The notes beneath the pieces were generated by a model, which worked only from the letters and a program-made list of their open reading frames with translations, was not told where the DNA came from and did not search any database. From contig JAPLFO010000143.1 in the NCBI GenBank assembly GCA_026390635.1, forward strand, positions 1,890 through 65,889: a stretch of DNA of 64,000 nucleotides. The letters run 5' to 3'. The translations under genes were made by a program, and so were the position numbers. This document shows positions 18,545 through 26,457 of this stretch, piece by piece; position 1 is the stretch's first letter, and each line of letters begins with the position of its first letter. The stretch is from Ignavibacteriales bacterium. GTDB lineage: Bacteria; Bacteroidota; Ignavibacteria; UBA10030; UBA8401.

Positions 18545-19987
18545 TCATGCCTGCGCTACTTGTACCTTTGCCACAACCACAGTCATGTCGTCATGCTGTA
18601 GTGCAGTTCCGCTATATGTCTGGACTGCTTCGAGTAATTGATCCGTGATCTCTTTGGCTGTTGATGTTGTGTTTACATCATGAACAAATTGTTCCAATCG
18701 CTCAAATCCAAATAATTCTCTATTCTTGTTCATTGCCTCGGGAATGCCGTCGGTGTAGAACAGAAGAATATCGCCGGATTGCAATTGCTCAGAGAGTTCT
18801 TGGTATTCAATGTCTTTGATGACGCCGAGCGGCAGATGGGGGCCGGAGACTTTCAATGTGATGACATCGCTGCCCCGTTTCAACAGCGGATTCATCTGTC
18901 CGGCATTGGAGAAGAGAAGTCGTTTCGACGAAATATCGATGACACCGAACGAAAGCGCTGTGAATACCTGCCTGGATGTTTTGAGGTACATCGGTCTATT
19001 GATTTCCTGCAGAATCAAACGCGGCGTGCTGTTGCTCTCAATTTCACGGTAAATCATGCCGCTGGTCATCACAGCGGTCATGGCGGCTTTCATGGCTTTG
19101 CCGGAAACATCGGCAATGGCTATTCCAAATTTTGTCTTCTCCTGATCCAGCCAGACATAATCATAATAATCACCGCCGACTTCCAGCGCCGGATAGCACG
19201 ATCCTGAAATATCAAAGCCTGATATTTCCGGATCCGACACAGGCATCAAGCTGAGTTGCATATCATGGGCGGTTTTTAACTCAGCCTCGGAAGCTATCCG
19301 GACATTTTCTTCCTGTGAAAAGATCAGCAATTGTCCGAATGAGACGAACACCATGAAAATGAGAGCAACCGGGCCGATGATATTTCCCTGCGGAAGCCAA
19401 ATACTCACAAAAAATCCGGCTATCGAGAGGCATGAGATCAACACTCCGATCCCGACGGATCGAATGGATTTATTCTCAGCGTGCCGGCCCATTCCAGCCA
19501 GGAACTGCATGATGACCGATGATCCACTGTACGAACCAAACCTCTCCTGCAAGAAGACGCCGGCCAGACCTAGAATCGACGAGAGGGCAAACATACTGAA
19601 CATTCCGACTGCGTAGATCCGGGCGGGGAGCCAGGTCGATCCCAGAAAACCGTTCTCATATACTAGACCTGCAATAATAAAAATCATTCCCACGAGTGAG
19701 ACAATAAGAGATATCTTTACGCCTTTCGGAGTCGTATTTTGGGCCGGCCTGAATAATTTCTGCACTCCAAGATAGAAATGACTAAATCTGGGAGGCAGGC
19801 GATTTTTCCGGTCTAGCGGTTCAAGGAGAAATAGAACTCCGACAAAGAAGAGTACAAGACCGAGAATCCGCATATGCCACTCCAGTGTGGCCTTGACAAA
19901 ATCTGCCACTCCGACGGCTGCAAAGAACACGGCAAATAAATAAAACCAGAAGGATGCAATAGGTTTGTTCGTAGGCTCTTGTCTCAT
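18545..19987 (-). CDS. Membrane PP2C/SpoIIE phosphatase, paralog 5
   Basis: GGDYYDYVWLD...ADVSGKAMKAAMTAVMTSGMIYRE...FYTDGIPEAMNKNRELFGFER...LQHDDMTVVVAKV. I chose the ATG at 19985-19987 (AAGGGAG upstream); the ORF-track start at 20035 is a TTG. Confidence 0.8.
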   Translation of the reverse strand: MRQEPTNKPIASFWFYLFAVFFAAVGVADFVKATLEWHMRILGLVLFFVGVLFLLEPLDRKNRLPPRFSHFYLGVQKLFRPAQNTTPKGVKISLIVSLVGMIFIIAGLVYENGFLGSTWLPARIYAVGMFSMFALSSILGLAGVFLQERFGSYSGSSVIMQFLAGMGRHAENKSIRSVGIGVLISCLSIAGFFVSIWLPQGNIIGPVALIFMVFVSFGQLLIFSQEENVRIASEAELKTAHDMQLSLMPVSDPEISGFDISGSCYPALEVGGDYYDYVWLDQEKTKFGIAIADVSGKAMKAAMTAVMTSGMIYREIESNSTPRLILQEINRPMYLKTSRQVFTALSFGVIDISSKRLLFSNAGQMNPLLKRGSDVITLKVSGPHLPLGVIKDIEYQELSEQLQSGDILLFYTDGIPEAMNKNRELFGFERLEQFVHDVNTTSTAKEITDQLLEAVQTYSGTALQHDDMTVVVAKVQVAQA

Positions 19988-20559
19988 AGGTGCTCCCTTT
20001 GTATGCCGTATCGTTACTTCATTTTCGTCATGCAATCAATGACGTGCTGAGGGGAATTCAAAGCAATAAAAGCGCAATCGGAGAAGATGTGCACCAATGA
20101 ATCTTTTTCTTGAAGAGGAGGCACGGCACAGAAAATGAAAGGAGCCGGTCTCCCAAAACTTTTTGCGAATGGGGATGGTGCTGTTGTTCAACTCAGCGTT
20201 CATTGTTGTTCCTCCCGGTGGATGCAAGTCGTTGACTATTGATCCTCCTGACAACAATCGTCTTGACACTCACTCTTACTACGGCTGGAATGATTTACTG
20301 TTTGTGATTATTATCACGAGAGCAGGATCGCTCTTTGTCGATGGGATGCCATAAAGAAACAGCATACAACGGAGCAAATTTCAGATAAATTGCCGCAAAT
20401 GTCAACAGAAACAATGGCTGATCATATTATCCTAGGAGTGATGTAGTAGAACTGTCGGGTTGCAAAACGATGTGAGGATTGGTTTGCGTATTCTCTTTGC
20501 GTTGATTTGGGATGGGCACCTGGTTGGGACAACTCGACAACTGGGAGACTATGCGGCCG

Positions 20560-22761
20560 TCACTTCGTCTTCAGCACGAACACTCCATCCCAATCGGGTG
20601 ACGGAGGAGATTGGAGATAAAATTGAGCGCGTTCGATATAGAGTCCGGACGGTGCGTCCGGATTGATTGTGAGTGCGTTTTGAAATTGTGCGATCGCGCC
20701 GGCAAAATCCCGCTGGCGGTACAGTCTCAAGCCGATAGAATATGCAGCAACTGCATCGAGCCTGCTTTGGGGGATACTGCCGTCATTCCGTCCGATGAGT
20801 TCAAAGACTTTGATCGGCTTCGTCTTCCCTTTCACAACGAGCAGATCGAGTTCCCGGAAGACAAATTTTTCCTTCGCCAGATCCTGTGTCCGTTCACTTA
20901 CCATCATATAGGTTCCATACTGCTTGTTGGCGCCTTCGAGGCGCGATCCAAGATTGACGCTGTCTCCGATGACGGTATAGTCGAATTTTCCGCGTCCGCC
21001 CATGTTGCCGACAACCATATCGCCGGTGTTGAGACCGATACGGACGTGGATATCCGGTTTGCCTTCAGATGTCCATTTTTCCCGGAGCACGTCGATCTCT
21101 TCCTGCATCTCGACGGCTGCTGCACAGGCCTGCACTGCGTTATTGTCAAGTTCGATCGGCGCACCCCAGAACGCCATCACCGCATCGCCTTCGTATTTGT
21201 CCAGGGTGCCGTCATGCTTGAAAACGATATCGGTCATGGCACTCAGGTACTCGTTCAGGAGTAGAACAAGTTCCTCCGGCGGAAGGCTCTCGGAGAACGA
21301 TGTAAATCCTGCGATATCGCTGAAGAGCACCGTCAGTTCTTTTCGTTCACCGCCAAGACGGAGTTTTTCGGGATGTGCAATTAATTCGTTCACCACTGTC
21401 GGATTTAAATACTGGCTGAACATACCCTTGATCATCACTTTTTGTTTCCGCTCGGTAAGATACTGATAGACCGTGCACCCGAGGTAGTTGGCGAAGACGG
21501 CGGCAATCGGTGAGACGACCGGCAAAATCAGAAAACGCGCAGAAAATATATTTTGTGAGACGAGAATGATGAGAATAACTTCACCGAGAATAAAAAGAAC
21601 TGCTGCGATTTCGACAATGATCTGATATTTTGCTTTGATGACTTTGAGTGCAGAGACAAAGAGGAATGTGATGATGGAAATAATGATGGTATAAAGAAAC
21701 TCCGACCAGCGGGGAAGCCGGGTGATGAAGTTTTGGCTGATCAATGTCTGCAGTGCATTGGCGTGCAGCTCGACCCCGTACATCAGGATTTTGTTCGGTG
21801 AGGACGGATCGCTGATCGGAACAGGAAAGAGGTCTTTAGACTCCGGGAACGCCGGTCCGATCAAAACGACTTTGTTCTTGAACGTACCGTCGTACAGACG
21901 GCCGATGTCGGGATCATCGAAGGCATTGATCTGCGTATGATAGGCGCGCTCTTCTTTCGTCTCGAACGTTGAATCATCAAGCACTTCAACAATGTCAAGC
22001 TGCTTGAACGTCTTATCGGCCGGCCCGTGATAATTGATCAGCATCGAGACATCGTCATATTTCGGTATGTGTCTGCCGCCGAGATAAAACGCTGTCCCCT
22101 CTTCGGAACATGCTGCCGTGGAAGGAAGGCGGAGATACTTGTTCAGAAGTGCGAACGCGAAGGTCGGGACGTAGGTTTCTTCGCCGGGTACCTTCGCAAA
22201 AGGAACGTAGCGACGGAAGATTCCGTCTTCATCTTCGGGAACATAGACCACCCCGACAGAACTGTCGGCGGGATAAAATATTGTATGATAGTTTTCGTCT
22301 GTGCGTTTAATGCTCGCTTCGGCAATTTTGATTTCAGTCTTTCCCGCCACGACCACGTTGCGGTACGTACGGATGGCATCGAACAGCTCTTGGTCATATT
22401 TCGGCCCGTTGGCGTCCGGTTGTTCAAAGGTAAGGTCGATGCCGATCGCGCGCGCGCCCGCCCGGTTCAGATTGCGGACCGCCCTTGCATAGTAGTTCCG
22501 GGGAAAAGGAAATTGATGCGGAACACTGTTCTCCGATTTGTCTGAAATCGTTACGATAACGACGTCGAGCGATTCCTTGGGGATCGGCAGAGGGCCGCGG
22601 CGGGAGAAGGATCGGTCAATAAAGGAGAGTTTCAGGCGATCGAACAGTTTGAAGTCGACAACGGCATCCTGAACAAAAACAAGCACAAGAAGAGCAATGC
22701 CGAGGCTGAGAAGTATCCGTATCAGCCACGGCATTATTCGTTTGAACCAGGGTGACGTCAT
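20560..22761 (-). CDS. CHASE2-sensor class III adenylate/guanylate cyclase with C-terminal TPR-like tail
   Basis: One N-terminal TM. CHASE2 pattern: DVVIVTISDKS...FPFPRNYYARAVRNLNRAGARAIGIDLTFEQPD ... KVVLIGP ... then 3 TM helices. Cyclase core: LTVLFSDIAGFTSFSE...LDKYEGDAVMAFWGAP...KFDYTVIGDSVNLGSRLE. Confidence 0.85.
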   Translation of the reverse strand: MTSPWFKRIMPWLIRILLSLGIALLVLVFVQDAVVDFKLFDRLKLSFIDRSFSRRGPLPIPKESLDVVIVTISDKSENSVPHQFPFPRNYYARAVRNLNRAGARAIGIDLTFEQPDANGPKYDQELFDAIRTYRNVVVAGKTEIKIAEASIKRTDENYHTIFYPADSSVGVVYVPEDEDGIFRRYVPFAKVPGEETYVPTFAFALLNKYLRLPSTAACSEEGTAFYLGGRHIPKYDDVSMLINYHGPADKTFKQLDIVEVLDDSTFETKEERAYHTQINAFDDPDIGRLYDGTFKNKVVLIGPAFPESKDLFPVPISDPSSPNKILMYGVELHANALQTLISQNFITRLPRWSEFLYTIIISIITFLFVSALKVIKAKYQIIVEIAAVLFILGEVILIILVSQNIFSARFLILPVVSPIAAVFANYLGCTVYQYLTERKQKVMIKGMFSQYLNPTVVNELIAHPEKLRLGGERKELTVLFSDIAGFTSFSESLPPEELVLLLNEYLSAMTDIVFKHDGTLDKYEGDAVMAFWGAPIELDNNAVQACAAAVEMQEEIDVLREKWTSEGKPDIHVRIGLNTGDMVVGNMGGRGKFDYTVIGDSVNLGSRLEGANKQYGTYMMVSERTQDLAKEKFVFRELDLLVVKGKTKPIKVFELIGRNDGSIPQSRLDAVAAYSIGLRLYRQRDFAGAIAQFQNALTINPDAPSGLYIERAQFYLQSPPSPDWDGVFVLKTK

Positions 22762-22770
22762 ATGCCGCCC

Positions 22771-25149
22771 TTAGAAATCGATCTGGTAGAGAAGGCTGTA
22801 ATACGAATCATTCTTGCTTGCGGTGGTGGATCCCTCGGTCGCCTTGTTCGCAATAAACTGGTATTGAAGTACGGCTGCCTGATTGCTGGCAATCCTATAA
22901 TGAAGACTTGCTTCGAAAACCGTCCGCTGAAAATCTCCCAGCGTTGGCGAAATGGTTCCGGAAATCTTCAGCTTGTCTTCGAACAGTCGGTAGCGGCCAT
23001 TGAGTGTGAGTGTCCTGTAATTCAGCGATCGCGCACTTGTGATGAGTTTCCCCGTGGCCATATCGAGACTGGCTGTCGGGATTGTATTCAGACTCATGGC
23101 AAGTCCAACCGTCGTCTCCAACGGAATTGTAAATGTTGTATTGACGAGCAGGAACCCGTTGAAACTCTTGGTATCCTGATTATTGGGGGTCATGTCGTCC
23201 TTATTGGACGCATCGACGCTCAGTGTCACGCTCTGACGTCCAAGATACACAAAGTCATAGCTTGACTGCACAAAAAACCGGTTCGTCTTTTCATTCATGG
23301 CACGCAATGCGATTGCCGTGATGGTATCCAGCGGGTTGAGCGGATTACTGTTGTTATTAATGCCGTATCCGACCGTGACATTCGGCAGACCGATGCCGGG
23401 ATACACTGAGATTGAAGTGTTGACTGTACTGTACGTGGTGGTGGCAACTTCGGAATTGGAAGTATTATTCTTCAATTCTTCGAAACTTCCGGTGAGGAAC
23501 AATCGGTTTTCCCACAGTCGAATTCGATCGAAAATGTTGAATCCGCGGATGTCTTTCCGCAGCGCGCTTGTTCCCACTGAAGTATAGTCTTTTCCGTGGT
23601 ACAGGTATGTTCCTTTCAGGTAGTTGCCGAAATAGTTCAACGAAAGACTGGTCTCATACACAAGCGATGTCAAACCGGTCGGATCGGTCGGCTGCAGGTT
23701 TTCGTTGAAGGTGACGAATTTCGGCACATAGGGAAGGAGGTCTTTCAGGTTCTTTTTGTCGCTTGCATTAAGCGCGGAGGAGGAATCGATTTTCGCTTCA
23801 GTAAATTGCTCGGCATAGATATCGATATTGTTCATGCTCAGTGCAGTCTGTCCGGTGAGTTCAATCCGGTGATCGTCCAGCGCAAAGAGCAGATCACTTC
23901 CGAAGACGACATTTTCCTGCGGTTTGAGAACAGAATCCTTTCCACGCGTGAAATCATCTTTCGAACGGAGGTACGTCAATCCGAATTGGAAGTTTTCTCC
24001 TTTGCCGAAACTCGGGCGGATTGCCGTCAACGACCGCCTATACGATTGAACGGAAGTGTCGGTCCCCGTGCGGCGGATAATCTCGCCGGTGACATAGTTC
24101 AGATTGAAGGCGCCAAGAAGAAGTTCGGCATTTACGCCGCGAACACGGCGTCCGTCCATGACTGTTGTCGGAAAGCGCGGATACGCGTCACCGATACCGA
24201 GACGGGCGTATTTTGCATCGAGTCCGAGATAATATCTATTCTGCGGCTGGCGATCGGATTGTTCCTCCGACGTAATATGCAGATTGCCGTTCACTTTGAG
24301 AATCCCGTAGGACGCGTTCGCCCTCGTGTCGAGCCTATTGTAGGCTTGTTTTACTCCTTTGATATTTTCCTGGCGTGTTTCGACCTGGCCGTTCCCGTTG
24401 TACGCAAGCTGTGTTTGAAGCTCCTCAACCTGCGACTGCGTTAATGCCGTAAATGAACGATTGATCGAATGGTACAAAACACCGTTTGTATCATAGATCT
24501 GTACTTTAAATTGATGACTGCCTATTTGTATGTTTTGGGGAAGAGCACCCGCAGAGACGATGATGAGATCTCCCAGAGAGACCGCTTGCGGGGAGAGGTC
24601 AACCCCATCGAAGAAGATTTTTATCTTCTTCCGGTCGATTGCATCGCCGGCATAGACCAACGACAAAGAGAAATACACATCTTCAATGGCAATCTTTTCT
24701 TCCGGTTCCGGACTCAGAATGAGAATCTCCTGATCTTTTTGTGATTTTGCTGCGACGGTCACACGGGAAGGAGACATCTGCGGATTTTCCATCGGATACG
24801 TTTCTCTTCCGCCTGTCTGTGTTTCTGCAACAACATAAATTTCCATAAACGGTGGGGAGACTTCATTTCCCTCGATCACAACCGCTGCGGAATCACGGGA
24901 GACGGGCATCTCGAGTACCCGGTACTCCGTTTGGCCGAATTGTCTGTAATACAAAACGACACGCTGCAGATCCGACGTCTTTGCGAGTTCTACGGCGATG
25001 CGCAGAGGAACGCCTTCGGAAGCTTCTCCGGGACGGACGGATCGCATGTACGTGTTCATTTGTGCGACGGTGACCGTTGATACACTCATAAGGAGGAGAA
25101 CAAGGATGGCCGGAATCACTCTGTGTGTTCTCTTGAGCTGGCTCTTCAT
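22771..25149 (-). CDS. Predicted outer-membrane beta-barrel protein with N-terminal soluble modules
   Basis: Signal peptide (IPAILVLLLMSVSTVTVAQ). Long C-terminal region of alternating short strands rich in Y/G/N/S/T. Terminal ...YSLLYQIDF ends in an aromatic residue. 9-nt gap to the CHASE2 cyclase start. Confidence 0.55.
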   Translation of the reverse strand: MKSQLKRTHRVIPAILVLLLMSVSTVTVAQMNTYMRSVRPGEASEGVPLRIAVELAKTSDLQRVVLYYRQFGQTEYRVLEMPVSRDSAAVVIEGNEVSPPFMEIYVVAETQTGGRETYPMENPQMSPSRVTVAAKSQKDQEILILSPEPEEKIAIEDVYFSLSLVYAGDAIDRKKIKIFFDGVDLSPQAVSLGDLIIVSAGALPQNIQIGSHQFKVQIYDTNGVLYHSINRSFTALTQSQVEELQTQLAYNGNGQVETRQENIKGVKQAYNRLDTRANASYGILKVNGNLHITSEEQSDRQPQNRYYLGLDAKYARLGIGDAYPRFPTTVMDGRRVRGVNAELLLGAFNLNYVTGEIIRRTGTDTSVQSYRRSLTAIRPSFGKGENFQFGLTYLRSKDDFTRGKDSVLKPQENVVFGSDLLFALDDHRIELTGQTALSMNNIDIYAEQFTEAKIDSSSALNASDKKNLKDLLPYVPKFVTFNENLQPTDPTGLTSLVYETSLSLNYFGNYLKGTYLYHGKDYTSVGTSALRKDIRGFNIFDRIRLWENRLFLTGSFEELKNNTSNSEVATTTYSTVNTSISVYPGIGLPNVTVGYGINNNSNPLNPLDTITAIALRAMNEKTNRFFVQSSYDFVYLGRQSVTLSVDASNKDDMTPNNQDTKSFNGFLLVNTTFTIPLETTVGLAMSLNTIPTASLDMATGKLITSARSLNYRTLTLNGRYRLFEDKLKISGTISPTLGDFQRTVFEASLHYRIASNQAAVLQYQFIANKATEGSTTASKNDSYYSLLYQIDF

Positions 25150-25185
25150 AACTGTCCGCCTATGATGTCGTTGGAAGGGAATTGA

Positions 25186-25232
25186 AAACCGCTTGCAAAC
25201 TATGAAACCGGAAGAAGAATTGCAAGCGGTTT
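25186..25232 (-). terminator. 13-bp stem-loop between the FecR-domain gene and the OM barrel gene (terminator/attenuator-like)
   Basis: AAACCGCTTGCAA (25186-25198) pairs perfectly with TTGCAAGCGGTTT (25220-25232). On the minus strand it is followed by UUUUCAAUU. Confidence 0.35.
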
Positions 25233-25295
25233 GAACTCAACTCATGAGTCAAAAAGCATCCATGTTTTCAATGAAATCAAATTCTGCATCACCTC

Positions 25296-26429
25296 TTAGT
25301 ACTCGATAACCATCGTCCGCCGTTTACCGCTCGGATCCAGGAATTCTATTTTGAGCTGGTTTCGCTGGGCCGATTGTACCGGTATAATCAGCGGATTAGA
25401 TCGCGGATTATTCTGCGGATAGGTGATTTCGATGCCTGTTTTCGTCCTCAGGATGATGTATATCTCTATTTTAGTCCCGGTGACCTTGTCGGCTGGTATA
25501 TCAAATTTCATCCGGTTTCCGGTAATGGTTGCGCTCAATTCTTCAAACGTCTGGCTTCCCTCGCTCCGGTATGCAAGAGCGAAATAGCTTGCGAGCTGTT
25601 TGACGGTATCCAGCGGCACGGAAAGATTGGTGAGTTCTACGGAGACCGCAAATCCCCGGCCCTCGGTCACCGGCGGTGTTGAGATCAAGAAAGAGAGCGA
25701 AAGGGACTCACTTCCGGTCCCGCTTGAAGAACTCTGACCGCCGGATCTGTTTCCTCCCGATTTTGTCGTATCGGTTTTTGATCCGGTTGTGTCGGACGGT
25801 GTTCCGCTGCCGGAGAGCGCATTATTCAATTGCTGCAGCTGTTCGAGCGTCACCGGTTTTACGTTCATGTTCCCCTGTTTGTCCGAAAAGGCGGCCTGAT
25901 TTGCTCCGACCGTGACCGATTGCCTCGAGATGAGATTGGTGAAGACAACAACTCCGGATGCAATAATCAAAACATCGGCATTTTCCCCGCCGGTGACTAA
26001 AAGGCCTTCGGTCCCACGGATGGATGCGACAGATGTCGGTGTTGAGAATTCAAATTTCTCGTTTGTACGTTTTTGAACAGTGAATCCCAGACTGCCGCGC
26101 TCCATGTACACATTCTTGGAGAACTCCTTGTTCTTTGTTATGTCTCCGTGAATGGTGATTTCCGATTTTTCCTGGATGCGGAGAATGGAATTCTCAATAA
26201 ACTTGATAATGACGAATGAGTTTTCTCCCGTTTTGACTCTGTCACCGGAATAAAGCGGTGTTGCGGGTACGGCCCTGTTCCAGTCCTTTCCTGTTGCCAT
26301 GAATTCGACCGCACCGACAGGTTTATGGACGGTCGCGACAGGTTTGGACGCATCGTAGCCGGCAAAGGCCTCATTCCCGCTTTGTGCGGCGACGAAGAGG
26401 ATCAACAATAGAATCATTCTGTATTTCAT
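25296..26429 (-). CDS. FecR-domain secreted protein
   Basis: Signal peptide MKYRMILLLILFVAAQSGNEAFA. FecR-like block: GAVEFMATGKDWNRAVPATPLYSGDRVKTGENSFVIIKFIENSILRIQEKSEITI. Ser/Gly/Thr-rich linker, then a C-terminal module. I chose the ATG at 26427-26429 (GAGGAG upstream). Confidence 0.7.
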   Translation of the reverse strand: MKYRMILLLILFVAAQSGNEAFAGYDASKPVATVHKPVGAVEFMATGKDWNRAVPATPLYSGDRVKTGENSFVIIKFIENSILRIQEKSEITIHGDITKNKEFSKNVYMERGSLGFTVQKRTNEKFEFSTPTSVASIRGTEGLLVTGGENADVLIIASGVVVFTNLISRQSVTVGANQAAFSDKQGNMNVKPVTLEQLQQLNNALSGSGTPSDTTGSKTDTTKSGGNRSGGQSSSSGTGSESLSLSFLISTPPVTEGRGFAVSVELTNLSVPLDTVKQLASYFALAYRSEGSQTFEELSATITGNRMKFDIPADKVTGTKIEIYIILRTKTGIEITYPQNNPRSNPLIIPVQSAQRNQLKIEFLDPSGKRRTMVIEY

Positions 26430-26457
26430 AGATAAATCTCCTCGGTCTCTCACAAAG

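Noticed and set aside
20163-20666. Plus-strand ORFs 20163-20354 and 20460-20666 in or near the CHASE2-to-PP2C spacer
   Set aside because: There is no RBS and no motif. The second overlaps the cyclase 3' end on the antisense strand.
23596-24444. 282-aa plus-strand ORF, and similar long antisense ORFs. Examples: 62106-63086, 32111-32881, 20611-21264, 51235-51939, 45890-46483, 15708-16214.
   Set aside because: All lie opposite well-supported genes, lack start-site context and recognisable motifs, and have arginine/cysteine-rich shadow-frame composition.
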